From the sequence record OQ427096.1: DNA of 64,000 nt. One strand, given 5' to 3'. Position numbers and translations under genes: made by a program. The notes below the pieces were generated by a model. The model did not search any database and had not been told where the DNA came from. It saw only the letters and a program-made list of their open reading frames with translations. Below are positions 33,218 through 42,880 of this stretch, in pieces. Numbering within the stretch: position 1 is the first letter of the stretch; every line of letters begins with the position of its first letter.

Positions 33218-34189
33218 TTGACAATTTCTGCAAAAATCATTGCCGACTCGATCGACCCGAACGGTCGTCGAATCACAACCTACGAACTGGAATACCCACG
33301 CTTCATCCATTCGGAGTTCATGACCCATCGTCTGTTCTCTCGCAATGCTGCATCGAGCCGTGCAATTCCGATCGACAAGGCAATTCGCCTGATCCTGGAA
33401 GATACTGCTGCACCGAGCCATTGGGGCAAGAATCAGCCAGGCATGTCTGCAAAGGAAGAGCAAGATGAGCCTATCCAGCTGACCAAGGGAACGCGCTATT
33501 CGATTAGCCGCCTGGGTGCATGGAATTGGGCACGTGACCGCGCTGTTGAAGCTGCGACTGCCTTCGCTGATGCCAAGTATCACAAGCAGATCATCAACCG
33601 TTTGCTCGAACCGTTCTCTCATATCAAGGTCGTTGTGACCGCAACTGAGTACGACAATTTCTTCTGGCTGCGAAACCATGCTGATGCTCAGCCCGAGATC
33701 AAGATTCTCGCTGAGAAGATGCTCGAGGCTCGCTCAAAATCCTTCCCGAAGCTGCTGCGCCCAGGAGACTGGCACGTTCCTTACTACAAAGGCGGTCATT
33801 GGTTTGCAAGTGGATATGCTCGTGGCAAGGAACTCGAGGAAGTCGATGACAAGCGCGGCGGAAGCACTCTGAAGGAAGCACTGGCTATCTCTTCGTCTTG
33901 CTGTGCTCAGGTGTCGTATCGTGTGCTGGATGACTCGCTTGAAAAGGCTCAGGACATCTTCCGTCGTCTGATTGATGCAAAGCCGGTTCACGCTTCGCCG
34001 TTTGAGCATCAGGCAACCCCGATGAAAACTCTGTACGATGAGACTGAAGGTCCTGTCTACAACTGGGATGAAGGCGTAACTCACATTGACCGCTACAACA
34101 ATGGTTGGTCAGGAAATTTCCGTGGCTGGATTCAGCATCGCCAGCTGATCGAAGACAACGTCTGTTGGGACTATCATGAGCATCAGTAG
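33218..34189 (+). CDS. thyX: FAD-dependent thymidylate synthase-like protein
   Basis: YPRFIHSEFMTHRLFSRNAASSRAIP, HASPFEHQA; probable TTG start. Confidence 0.8.
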   Translation: MTISAKIIADSIDPNGRRITTYELEYPRFIHSEFMTHRLFSRNAASSRAIPIDKAIRLILEDTAAPSHWGKNQPGMSAKEEQDEPIQLTKGTRYSISRLGAWNWARDRAVEAATAFADAKYHKQIINRLLEPFSHIKVVVTATEYDNFFWLRNHADAQPEIKILAEKMLEARSKSFPKLLRPGDWHVPYYKGGHWFASGYARGKELEEVDDKRGGSTLKEALAISSSCCAQVSYRVLDDSLEKAQDIFRRLIDAKPVHASPFEHQATPMKTLYDETEGPVYNWDEGVTHIDRYNNGWSGNFRGWIQHRQLIEDNVCWDYHEHQ

Positions 34190-34457
34190 TGGAACTATCG
34201 TCGTAGAAACACCTGAGTCTATCCGTTGGGACCGAACCATCCGCAATTGGCGTTGGTGGTCGGTCCTTCCGATGGTGGTGCCTGCAGCATTGATCATGTT
34301 TGTCCTCTATCCGCTGCACTATGTTCTGTGGCCAATCGGACAATGGATCTGTACCCTGTCCAACAAGCTATACTACTTCAAGCCTCCGAAGTGGGTCAAG
34401 CGATTAATGGATTGGGCGATGAAGAAATATCCGGAGGAAACAGATGAAGAGCATTGA
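34176..34457 (+). CDS. hypothetical membrane protein
   Basis: One hydrophobic segment. Confidence 0.65.
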   Translation: MSISSGTIVVETPESIRWDRTIRNWRWWSVLPMVVPAALIMFVLYPLHYVLWPIGQWICTLSNKLYYFKPPKWVKRLMDWAMKKYPEETDEEH

Positions 34458-34659
34458 AGGCAAGTACACTCTACCTAACGGCGAAGTTCTTGATGTGCAT
34501 CTGAACATCAGCGTTGGAGTCAACACCTGGGTCGATGGCGCATGGTGTGGCTTCAACGAAGTGTCTCCCGAAGACTTCGCATTCTGCATGGAAGAGATGG
34601 CGAAGGAAGGAAAGATCATTTTTGAGCCCAAGCATAATGGAAATCCAGACAGTAATTGA
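34444..34659 (+). CDS. hypothetical protein
   Basis: Packed ORF. Confidence 0.6.
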   Translation: MKSIEGKYTLPNGEVLDVHLNISVGVNTWVDGAWCGFNEVSPEDFAFCMEEMAKEGKIIFEPKHNGNPDSN

Positions 34660-34978
34660 CGACATGAAAGCCATGGCATCTAAGTGGGATGCCATTGGTG
34701 CAGGCTTCCAGGCAATTCCGATTCATACGTGGATCGGAATGCTTGAGCAGTATCAGAAGGAACAGAATCCGCCTGAACCTATCACTGAGCAAAAGATTGA
34801 TGATTGGCATCTGCCTATCGTAGGTTCGGACACCTGCCTGACTATCAAAGGTCAGAGTCGTTGGTTCCGTTGCACAGCTGACGATTGCGGTGCGAACGTC
34901 TTCTCTAAGACGCGCGATCCGAATTACTATGTCTGCAATGGTTGCAACGCTGGATACGAGACGAGCAAAGGACTATGA
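34637..34978 (+). CDS. hypothetical protein with zinc-ribbon motif
   Basis: FRC..DDCGANVF...YVCNGC. Confidence 0.65.
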   Translation: MEIQTVIDDMKAMASKWDAIGAGFQAIPIHTWIGMLEQYQKEQNPPEPITEQKIDDWHLPIVGSDTCLTIKGQSRWFRCTADDCGANVFSKTRDPNYYVCNGCNAGYETSKGL

Positions 34979-35352
34979 AGAAGATTACTTCGCACAAGGA
35001 AGTCAGGTGTAAGACTCCTCAGGAACTGTCTGACCTGATTGCTAGCCTTGCTGGCTCCGAATGGTCACTAGCAGCATTCCCTTCTACCTTTCTTGATGGC
35101 ACTGCTCAAGTTTCACTCGTGAAGATCGATCTTGTTGAATACAAGTTCACAGACACAGAGATGCTCGACTGGATGGAACGGAACGAGGCGATCTTTAGCA
35201 GCACCCACGACAACACCTTCATGGTTTCTATGAGGATGCGCAAAAGCAAGAAGTATGGTGCTTTGGCGTGTGGTTTAACTGCTCGTGCAGCTTTGGAGAA
35301 GGCCATGATCAACATCAAAGGCCATCAACACATTTTCGAGGATGAGAGATGA
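34975..35352 (+). CDS. hypothetical protein
   Basis: Packed ORF. Confidence 0.6.
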   Translation: MKKITSHKEVRCKTPQELSDLIASLAGSEWSLAAFPSTFLDGTAQVSLVKIDLVEYKFTDTEMLDWMERNEAIFSSTHDNTFMVSMRMRKSKKYGALACGLTARAALEKAMINIKGHQHIFEDER

Positions 35353-35624
35353 CAGTCTATGTCGATAGCATGAGAGCGCAATATGGAAGAATGATCATGT
35401 GTCACATGCTAGCCGACACCGATGAAGAGTTGCATGCCATGGCAGACGCGATTGGCGTGCAACGAAAGTGGCATCAGAAAGCTGGCACCGTCCATAGCCA
35501 CTACGACATTGCTCTTTCGAAGAGAGCATTGGCGGTCCAGCACGGCGCTGTCGAGGTAGATCTTCGTCAGGTTGCCTATATAATACGTGGTAAACGCCAA
35601 CGCCTAAAAGGTGACACACCATGA
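35349..35624 (+). CDS. DUF4031 family protein
   Basis: MTVYVD..MCHMLADTDEELHAMA..IGV...W.Q...HYDI. Confidence 0.9.
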   Translation: MTVYVDSMRAQYGRMIMCHMLADTDEELHAMADAIGVQRKWHQKAGTVHSHYDIALSKRALAVQHGAVEVDLRQVAYIIRGKRQRLKGDTP

Positions 35625-35893
35625 AGAAGTTTCTGATCGCACTGATGCTGGTTCTTTCGTTGGGTGGCTGTGTGAGCCGCGAAGAGTACATCGCAGAACA
35701 AGAAAGCAAAACCACGAACGACCAGTGCCTGAGAAATCAGATTTTCCAGCAGTGTCTGGCGACCATTCCTCCGGGACCGCAGAAGACTGTCTACAACGAC
35801 TGGAACGAAGTTGTCTCGGAGTGCTCATCTGTTGCCTACTATCAGTCGCTCCGTGTTCGTAGCCAGGTGAAGCCAGAATGTCGAGCACAATGA
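35621..35893 (+). CDS. putative lipoprotein
   Basis: Lipobox LGGC; DQCLRNQIFQQCL. Confidence 0.75.
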   Translation: MKKFLIALMLVLSLGGCVSREEYIAEQESKTTNDQCLRNQIFQQCLATIPPGPQKTVYNDWNEVVSECSSVAYYQSLRVRSQVKPECRAQ

Positions 35894-36108
35894 GAGACAT
35901 CCAATCCGAAGGGCGCATCGAGAAGGCAGCACGATACAAGTGCGAACTTCTCGGTCTTGATCCAGATGAAGCGCTCTGGCTCGAAGATGGTCGGAGCAAG
36001 AAGGAAAAGCGTTGGATGCGAGTTGCGCGTGAGATCGAAAACTTCCGTCTCAACCTTCAAATTGTATCAATGTTCCTTGGCGACGAAGTGACCGATCCTG
36101 TATCATAA
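35890..36108 (+). CDS. hypothetical protein
   Basis: Packed ORF. Confidence 0.6.
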   Translation: MRDIQSEGRIEKAARYKCELLGLDPDEALWLEDGRSKKEKRWMRVAREIENFRLNLQIVSMFLGDEVTDPVS

Positions 36109-36138
36109 GTAATGTAGATTCACATCGAGGCATGTTCA

Positions 36139-36645
36139 ATGAGTAAGCGTTTCGTTTCAACAAAAGAATACAAGGAGCTCGCTCCGGTTGCATATCGCCA
36201 GTGGCGCGACCAAGGCAACTGTAATCTGATCCACGGCTACGCGCTGTCGTTCTATTTCGAGTTCGAGTCGGACAATCTGGACTCTCGTAACTGGGTGGTT
36301 GACTACGGCGGTCTGCGTCCGCTGAAGGACTTCCTGGAAGAGTACTTCGACCACTGCTATCTCCTGGCACAAGATGAGCCGCACTATGATGCGATCAAGA
36401 AGCTGGGTGACCTGGGTCTGATGAAGATCACCGAAGTCGAAGCAACTGGCTGCGAAGCGATTGCAGATTTCCTCTACAAGTACATCAACACTGGCTTCCT
36501 TCGCGAGATCGGTGCACCTGCAGACGTTTGGTGTCGTTGTGTTCAAGTCCGCGAGACGGAAAAGAACATGGCGATGCGACTTGGCCATCAAGAGGACAAC
36601 GAAGACCTGACCGTCGACCTGTCTAAATATCGCAGAGACGGCTGA
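36139..36645 (+). CDS. queD: 6-carboxytetrahydropterin synthase (PTPS/QueD family)
   Basis: CNLIHGY, WVVDYG.L, FDH, TGCE, VRET. Confidence 0.88.
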   Translation: MSKRFVSTKEYKELAPVAYRQWRDQGNCNLIHGYALSFYFEFESDNLDSRNWVVDYGGLRPLKDFLEEYFDHCYLLAQDEPHYDAIKKLGDLGLMKITEVEATGCEAIADFLYKYINTGFLREIGAPADVWCRCVQVRETEKNMAMRLGHQEDNEDLTVDLSKYRRDG

Positions 36646-36659
36646 TCACGGTGTAGGCA

Positions 36660-37376
36660 ATGGCATCACAACCCGCGCATCCAGAGCAACGTAAGATCCT
36701 TACGAAGTTCTGTGAACAAGAACTTGTACGTCAGCGGGACTATCTGATCAAGAAGTATAAGCTGAGAGACTACAATCCTCAGCTTTTCTTCAATTGGAAA
36801 AGGAATGCAGTCCACAGTTGGGGCGGATCACTCGAGGATGATATACCATTCCTCATGCTGATGCCTCATGAGATTTGGCAGCACGTCGGCAAGACAGGAA
36901 AGTACATCTTCAATGAGTACGAGTTCCTGCATGACAAGCCTGGCATCGGAATGGGCAGGGCGAACTGGAAGCAGCACATCTCATGGACCATGGCTCACGA
37001 ATTGGCTCACACCATTTGTGAGATTGAGCGCTTCGCAAAGAAAGCTAAGAAAGTCTTCCCGGGACAGACTGCAACTGAGCATGATGGTCATGGACCCTTG
37101 TGGCAGTCTGTCTACTATGATCTCCGTGTACATCACTGCCGCGAGGAATTCTATCCTGTTGAGGAGATTGACTTCTCAAACGAGGTCCACTACTCGCATC
37201 ACAGGGAAAAGGGTGAGCACCGCTTTGTCTTCTACAAGGGGAACAAGCCATTCGCATGGTTTGTCCGCACTGAAGGGGTCTTCTGGCAGACCACGTCCCG
37301 CTGGCGGAAAGCGGGCAGGGCCAGAAACGGGGCCAGAACCCCTCGAGAACTGACCAGAAATCTCCAGAATTCGTGA
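36660..37376 (+). CDS. SprT-like zinc metalloprotease-domain protein
   Basis: HELAH (HExxH) and downstream HGPLWQ. Confidence 0.65.
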   Translation: MASQPAHPEQRKILTKFCEQELVRQRDYLIKKYKLRDYNPQLFFNWKRNAVHSWGGSLEDDIPFLMLMPHEIWQHVGKTGKYIFNEYEFLHDKPGIGMGRANWKQHISWTMAHELAHTICEIERFAKKAKKVFPGQTATEHDGHGPLWQSVYYDLRVHHCREEFYPVEEIDFSNEVHYSHHREKGEHRFVFYKGNKPFAWFVRTEGVFWQTTSRWRKAGRARNGARTPRELTRNLQNS

Positions 37377-37395
37377 CTTTTTGTCCTGAGAGTTG

Positions 37396-37444
37396 TAAGT
37401 GTCTGATTCGTAAGGTTGTCCTCAGGACAGAAAGAACTTAATAT
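37396..37444 (+). promoter_or_regulatory. IHF-like site plus early promoter
   Basis: TAAGTGTCTGATT (37396-37408); TTGTCC-N17-TAATAT. Confidence 0.7.
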
Positions 37445-37490
37445 GTGGTTGTGGGACAAACACTCCTCAACAAACACAAAGGACACGAAG

Positions 37491-37937
37491 ATGAGCAAGT
37501 TGACCAAGACCCAGAATGAAGCCGTCGCCGGTGCCGTGAAGGCAGTCACTGGCTTCAAGATGGGAGCGGAGACTTCCGGGGTGCAGCATGTGGAAGCCGG
37601 CAACATCACCAGCCGTAGCGGTCGTAAGTGGAAGACCAGCATCGCCTTCACCAACGACGGCGGCAAGCTCAAGGCGGACCTGACCTTCTCCGAAGTCGGC
37701 GCCAAGACCGAGACCACCTACTCCAGCGAGAACGCTGCCGGAGAGAAGCTGCGCGAATTCATCAAGTACCGTGGTCGCCGCCTCTGCCTGAAGGGCGCGG
37801 ACATCCAGCGCATCCTTCGCTTCTTCAACTCCATCGTCCCGACCGGCGAAGCCGCGAAGCCGGCGACCAAGAAGACGACCAAGGCTACCAAGCCGAAGGC
37901 TACCACCGAAGCTGTCGCCGAAACCGCCGAAGCCTGA
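37491..37937 (+). CDS. hypothetical early protein
   Basis: First gene after promoter; strong codon bias; K/A/T-rich tail. Confidence 0.8.
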   Translation: MSKLTKTQNEAVAGAVKAVTGFKMGAETSGVQHVEAGNITSRSGRKWKTSIAFTNDGGKLKADLTFSEVGAKTETTYSSENAAGEKLREFIKYRGRRLCLKGADIQRILRFFNSIVPTGEAAKPATKKTTKATKPKATTEAVAETAEA

Positions 37938-37983
37938 GCCCTACGGGGCGGCGCAAGTCGCCCCACCTTTCGGAGAACGAACA

Positions 37984-38199
37984 ATGCCCCGTCGTATCAG
38001 TCTACTCCCGCAGCAGGCACTGGATTTCGCTCAGCTCCCGATGATCGTCTCAGGCGATGACGAGCTGGTCGAGAAGGCTCTCCTGGTAAAGAAGAGCGAT
38101 CTACCTGGCGCCTACGCATACGTCACAGTCACCATGGTGACGCGTGTTGCGGGGAAGACCGAGGACATCCGGGTCTGCGTTCGTAAGGAAGTCGAATAA
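37984..38199 (+). CDS. hypothetical protein
   Basis: GGAG RBS. Confidence 0.6.
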   Translation: MPRRISLLPQQALDFAQLPMIVSGDDELVEKALLVKKSDLPGAYAYVTVTMVTRVAGKTEDIRVCVRKEVE

Positions 38200-38546
38200 T
38201 GAAGATCGTGATCCAAGTCCTCGATGGTGGCTGGCAGGACCAGTCCGAACACGACACTGTCGAGGACGCAGAGAAGATGATGGACGTGGTACAGGGAGGC
38301 GATCCCGATGCCTACGTCCGCATGGTGCAGTTCGTTCCGCGCTTCTTCGCCGAGTACCAGAAGCCGATCGAATGTTCGGGAGGAACCCGAACCTACACGC
38401 ACATTCTCTACGTAGCCGAGTACCCTGCGGACAGGAGCATCAAGTCCTGCAAGGCGCACTTCCGGTCTCAGGTCCGCAAGTTGCCTGAGTTCAATGATCC
38501 GACGTTCAAAATCCGTCACGAGTACGTCAACCCTCTGTCGTATTGA
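38199..38546 (+). CDS. hypothetical protein
   Basis: TAATG coupling. Confidence 0.7.
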   Translation: MKIVIQVLDGGWQDQSEHDTVEDAEKMMDVVQGGDPDAYVRMVQFVPRFFAEYQKPIECSGGTRTYTHILYVAEYPADRSIKSCKAHFRSQVRKLPEFNDPTFKIRHEYVNPLSY

Positions 38547-38564
38547 GGTAACCTGGAGATCGTC

Positions 38565-39044
38565 ATGAACATCTTCGTCACGCACCTGAGTCCGGTTCTA
38601 GCTGCACGGAACTTGGACAACCTGCGTCTGAACAAGATGGTGGTCGAAACCGCGCAGTTACTCTGCACCGCGCATCACATGAAACAAGGCAGCCGGGCTA
38701 AGGTTCTCTACAAGCCCACGCACAAGAATCACCCCTGCGCCATCTGGGTTCGCCAGAGCAACGGCAACTACAATTGGGCTTATCGACACTTCGCCGCTCT
38801 GGCTGCAGAATTTGAAAGCCGCAACGGCAAAGTCCACAAGACCTGGGCAGATTTGAAGGACGTGCTCGAGAACGCCCCGAAGGGCATCAAGGATGTCGTC
38901 CGCACTCCGTTTCCGAACTGCACGCCGCACAAGGACATGGAGCTGATCGAAGCCTACCGCCTGACCATGACCGAGAAGTGGCAAGCGGATGTCGAAGCTG
39001 GTCGTACGCCAAAGTGGGGTGAGAGATTGACACCACCGTTCTGA
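38565..39044 (+). CDS. pyrimidine-dimer DNA glycosylase/endonuclease V-like protein
   Basis: MNIF...KMVVETAQLLCTAH, YKPTHKNHPCAIW. Confidence 0.82.
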   Translation: MNIFVTHLSPVLAARNLDNLRLNKMVVETAQLLCTAHHMKQGSRAKVLYKPTHKNHPCAIWVRQSNGNYNWAYRHFAALAAEFESRNGKVHKTWADLKDVLENAPKGIKDVVRTPFPNCTPHKDMELIEAYRLTMTEKWQADVEAGRTPKWGERLTPPF

Positions 39045-39130
39045 TCGAACGCCAACTAGAAACTTTCTAAAAGCGCCAGAGCGAAAGCCTGGCGCTTGAC
39101 CTATCTATGGTGCCCGCATATCATAACGGC

Positions 39131-39376
39131 ATGGAGACATTATTTTGGTTGGCAGTTACATTCTTGGGGCCACTTGTACTGGCCTTCCCGCCAGCATTGA
39201 AGAGGCTGGTGAACTACTACCGTTGGTCGAAAACTGTCTATGTTGAGGACCTGATTGGATATCTCTTCCGAACCCTTTGGCCAACTCTGATCCCGGCTAT
39301 TGGATGGTTCGTTATGCCAGGACTCTACTTCGAAGAGTTCGTTGAACCGATTCTCAAAATCAAACTCAAGGGTTGA
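39131..39376 (+). CDS. small membrane protein (divergent P-x-x-N family)
   Basis: YVEDLI...LIPAIG. Confidence 0.65.
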   Translation: METLFWLAVTFLGPLVLAFPPALKRLVNYYRWSKTVYVEDLIGYLFRTLWPTLIPAIGWFVMPGLYFEEFVEPILKIKLKG

Positions 39377-39378
39377 TC

Positions 39379-39750
39379 ATGTGGCCATTCAGTAGTCGCA
39401 AGGATGCGCAAATTCGTTCTCTTCATCTGGACCTGGCAAAGAAAGAAGGTGAGTTGTCCAAAGCACTGAAATCACATCTCGAAACTCTCGACAAGTACGA
39501 GAAGGGACTCAACTCCCAGATCGCGCTGCTTGAAGTGGTGAGTCGGTGGTCCAGACAACTAGACCGAGATAAGAGCATGAGTGAGACTGATCAAGGCTTG
39601 TTGAAAGTTGTACTGGAAGATTTCTCCAAGGCAATATCTGAGCATTGTCAGCACAAGAAATGGGTCAAGACTGATCGACCCGATCCAATGTTCCCAGGCG
39701 ACTGGTATCACCAGTGTGAAGTCTGTGGCAAATTCGACTATGAGGTCTAA
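39379..39750 (+). CDS. hypothetical protein
   Basis: Coiled coil + C-H/C-x-x-C end. Confidence 0.65.
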   Translation: MWPFSSRKDAQIRSLHLDLAKKEGELSKALKSHLETLDKYEKGLNSQIALLEVVSRWSRQLDRDKSMSETDQGLLKVVLEDFSKAISEHCQHKKWVKTDRPDPMFPGDWYHQCEVCGKFDYEV

Positions 39751-39759
39751 GGAAGAAAT

Positions 39760-40926
39760 ATGCGTAAGCTCGTAACCCTGCGTACTGTCGCAGAAATTGT
39801 TCCCATCGAAGGCGCGGATGCCATTGAAGTGGCGGTCGTCGACGGCTGGAGCTGTGTGGTCAAGAAGGGTGAATTCAAGGAAGGCGATAAGGCCATCTAT
39901 TTCGAGATCGATTCGATCCTGCCATACGGTGACGAACGTTTTGCCTTCTTGATGGCCCGTGGCTGCAAGATGCAGCCGACTGAGGATGGTGGTCTGCTCG
40001 AAGGTCATCGCCTGCGCACTATCAAGCTGCGCGGTCAGGTGTCTCAGGGTCTGCTGATCAAGCCAGATGTTGCTTTCTCTGACCCGACTCTCTACCTTCG
40101 TGGTATCAATGTCGCCGAAGGTCCGTTCCTTGACTACCGGCATTCGGTTGAAGGCGAACTGAAGCGCATCTACTTCAACGACGAAGAGAACAATGACCTG
40201 TCGGATGTCTTCGGCGTCAAGAAGTATGAGAAGCCTATCCCGGCACAGCTCGCAGGAATGATTGCAGGCAACTACCCTGTGTGGCTGCCGAAAACGGATC
40301 AGGATCGAATTCAGAACTGCTTCGGTCGTGCACCTGAGGGCAAGTACCACGCCGAAGAGAAGTTCGAAGGCTCCTCAATGACCATCTACCATGATGGTGA
40401 GAAGCTTGGTGTGACCAGCCGAAACCTGGACCTCAAGCTGGAACAGGAAGGCAACACCTTCATCGACGTCGCCAAGGCAAGTGGCATCTTTGATGCACTC
40501 ACTGCGTGGATTGCTCGCTTCAATCAGGATGACTTCATTCCTCGCATTGCTATTCGTGGCGAGCTGATCGGTCCTGGCGTTCAGGGCAACATCTATGGAC
40601 TGACGGCACATCGTTTCATGATCTACGATGTCTTTGCTCATGACCATTACCTGACGCCTCTGGGTCGACATGTCTTCCTGGAAGAGTTCATCAAGCCGTT
40701 CGCAGGAAAGAATGTAGGCTATGTCCATACTCTGTTCACGATGACTCGAGGCGAATACGCTACGAAGGAATCGTACAAGGAGTTCCTGGGCAAGGCAACA
40801 GGCAAGAGCATTCTTGCGGACACGCTGCGCGAGGGAATCGTCTACAAGTCAGACATCCAGCACCGCGGTGACGTGTTCTCGTTCAAGGCGATCAGCCCTG
40901 AATACCTGCTGGGCGAAAAGGAATGA
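39760..40926 (+). CDS. RNA ligase, Rnl2-type (DRB0094-like)
   Basis: N-terminal IVPIEGADAIEVA.VDGW..VVKKGEF; motif I EKFEGSS; GELIGPG.QGN; EGIV; FKAIS..YL. Confidence 0.92.
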   Translation: MRKLVTLRTVAEIVPIEGADAIEVAVVDGWSCVVKKGEFKEGDKAIYFEIDSILPYGDERFAFLMARGCKMQPTEDGGLLEGHRLRTIKLRGQVSQGLLIKPDVAFSDPTLYLRGINVAEGPFLDYRHSVEGELKRIYFNDEENNDLSDVFGVKKYEKPIPAQLAGMIAGNYPVWLPKTDQDRIQNCFGRAPEGKYHAEEKFEGSSMTIYHDGEKLGVTSRNLDLKLEQEGNTFIDVAKASGIFDALTAWIARFNQDDFIPRIAIRGELIGPGVQGNIYGLTAHRFMIYDVFAHDHYLTPLGRHVFLEEFIKPFAGKNVGYVHTLFTMTRGEYATKESYKEFLGKATGKSILADTLREGIVYKSDIQHRGDVFSFKAISPEYLLGEKE

Positions 40927-41091
40927 ACGAGCTTGTCGCATCTCTTATCCTCGGTGTCATCGGCTTTGTAGTCGGTGGCATCATTGGCACTATCTGGTTC
41001 ACAGGATTCTTTCCTGCTGCACTGATTGGTCTAATCGTCGGGTTCTGTATCCTGTGGTGCCCGTGTATCTTAATGCATCTGGACTGAAACC

Positions 41092-41544
41092 ATGGCTGAT
41101 ATCTTTCAAAGGGAAGTGATCGATTCGTTCCGCGGCGACCACGAATTCCTCTCTAACTTCTATCGTGAGATGATGGAATACGATGGACATGTTTGGGCGA
41201 CTGCGGAACACGCCTACCAAGCATCGAAATGTGCCAAACAGGATGAGTATGATCTGTTCCTGAATCCTATGCTCACTGCAGGTCAAGCAAAGCGCATGGG
41301 TAGGCATGTGGACATCTGGAAGAACTGGGACTCAATCAAGGTGTCGGTGATGGTCAAAGTCATCGACGCCAAGTTCGAGGAAGGTACGCCGTTGGCAAAG
41401 AAGTTGCTTGACACGGGCGATGCAATCCTCATCGAAGGCAATACCTGGGGCGACAAGTTCTGGGGACAGTGCGACGGCGAAGGCCTCAACTACCTCGGAA
41501 ACATTCTGATGCGGCGACGCGACAATCTGAGACTAAAACGATGA
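41092..41544 (+). CDS. NADAR (YbiA-like) family protein
   Basis: FLSNFY, TAEHAYQASK, AKRMGR, LLDTG..ILIEGNTWGDKFWG, GLNYLG.ILM. Confidence 0.92.
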   Translation: MADIFQREVIDSFRGDHEFLSNFYREMMEYDGHVWATAEHAYQASKCAKQDEYDLFLNPMLTAGQAKRMGRHVDIWKNWDSIKVSVMVKVIDAKFEEGTPLAKKLLDTGDAILIEGNTWGDKFWGQCDGEGLNYLGNILMRRRDNLRLKR

Positions 41545-41732
41545 CCACAACGATCCATCACAATTTCGTCACCCACAAAGATGTGTGGCGCAAGGCAATT
41601 GAACTGGCGATTGAGAATTCGCCACCAAGGGATTATGATCAAGATGACGCTGGGTTCTGGCGCCATGAGCTCAAGGCGTTTGATGAAGCTTATGCTCAGC
41701 TCGAAACTCAGGACCTGATCCTGCTTCCGTAA
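41541..41732 (+). CDS. hypothetical protein
   Basis: ATGA overlap. Confidence 0.6.
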   Translation: MTTTIHHNFVTHKDVWRKAIELAIENSPPRDYDQDDAGFWRHELKAFDEAYAQLETQDLILLP

Positions 41733-41760
41733 TACCACACGCCAACTCAAGGAGTTTGAA

Positions 41761-41955
41761 ATGGCAATTGAAGTGATCGGCAAAGACCCAGCGCAGTATC
41801 GTGAGACGACCTGTAGGAATTGTGCTTCGATTCTTCGTTTCGTTCTTGCTGACGTACAGAAGAAGCAGGTGAGCGATTACACCGGCGATACAGACACGGT
41901 CTATTACGTTCCTTGCCCTTGCTGTAGCAACCAAGTTAGCACCCGAGGCTACTAA
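41761..41955 (+). CDS. small zinc-ribbon protein
   Basis: TCRNC...CPCC. Confidence 0.7.
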   Translation: MAIEVIGKDPAQYRETTCRNCASILRFVLADVQKKQVSDYTGDTDTVYYVPCPCCSNQVSTRGY

Positions 41956-42179
41956 TGAGACTACTCTGCCGTCTAGGCATTCACAAATGGGGACAGTGGT
42001 CCAACCGTTGGTACAAGAAGTACATCATGCTTGACCCGTGGGACTTTGAATGGACTGAATATCGAGTTCACAGAAGTCTGAAATGTTCAGAGTGTAATCA
42101 TCAGAAAGATAAGTTTGTCGAGACCCTGACAGAAGTAGGGTCTGCGCTTAAAGGAACGAATCAGCCTACTTGGGACTGA
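41955..42179 (+). CDS. hypothetical protein
   Basis: LLCRLGIHKW...CSEC pattern. Confidence 0.65.
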   Translation: MRLLCRLGIHKWGQWSNRWYKKYIMLDPWDFEWTEYRVHRSLKCSECNHQKDKFVETLTEVGSALKGTNQPTWD

Positions 42180-42544
42180 TTCGCTGTTCCTAGTGCGGCA
42201 GCAAGTTCTGCCTTTGATGAGTCCAATGCGGTTGCGAGCTTCTCGAGCAGCTGTGTCAGCATCGTGTTTTGAATTCGGAGTTGCTGTTCTTTGGACAGCA
42301 GCTCTTTCACCTTTTCCAAACACTGGTCTGCCTCAGCGCCGATCTTCATAAGCTCAGCTTCCATGTCCGCTTTCTCCTTGCGGGCATCGTCTCTTTGCTT
42401 GATCAGGTCCTCGATCAAGTTTCCTTCTGCACGGTCACGGACCAGCTCTAGCTTATCGCGGGCGAGGCGACGCAAGAACATCGTCGCTCCACCTAGCGCG
42501 GCTACGACTGATCCGCCAATGATTGCAGGGGTGATTGGTTCCAT
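42161..42544 (-). CDS. N-terminal TM plus coiled-coil protein (late; possibly lysis-related)
   Basis: MEPITPAIIGGSVVAALGGATMFL then coiled coil; downstream of minus-strand late promoter. Confidence 0.65.
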   Translation of the reverse strand: MEPITPAIIGGSVVAALGGATMFLRRLARDKLELVRDRAEGNLIEDLIKQRDDARKEKADMEAELMKIGAEADQCLEKVKELLSKEQQLRIQNTMLTQLLEKLATALDSSKAELAAALGTANQSQVG

Positions 42545-42795
42545 TACTTTAGGATCAGGTTGAGGACAATTCTCTTCCAGGCAGGAAGGTCTTTTTCTTC
42601 GTGCCACTGTCTATGGCTAACGAGGTCGCCTTTTGGAAATCCTGTTTCGATCACCGTATCAATGCGTCGGTTGATGGCTTCAATTGAGTTTCTTGCGTCA
42701 TCAAGACGCTTCTCGAAGCTTTCGATCGACACCTGGACTTCTTGCACGATGATAAGGATCTGAGCCAGTAGGCTTTCGGATGCAGCTTGGTCCAT
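42544..42795 (-). CDS. hypothetical late protein
   Basis: First gene after minus-strand TATAAATA. Confidence 0.7.
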   Translation of the reverse strand: MDQAASESLLAQILIIVQEVQVSIESFEKRLDDARNSIEAINRRIDTVIETGFPKGDLVSHRQWHEEKDLPAWKRIVLNLILK

Positions 42796-42825
42796 GGTAG
42801 TCTTTAAGGGCGGATGGGTATCGCG

Positions 42826-42833
42826 ATATTTAT
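42826..42833 (-). promoter_or_regulatory. T4-type late promoter
   Basis: TATTTATA on + = TATAAATA on -. Confidence 0.8.
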
Positions 42834-42880
42834 AGAGAAACTTTACTGAACCGTTATATGCAGAGGTCGTGAAGGAAGTC

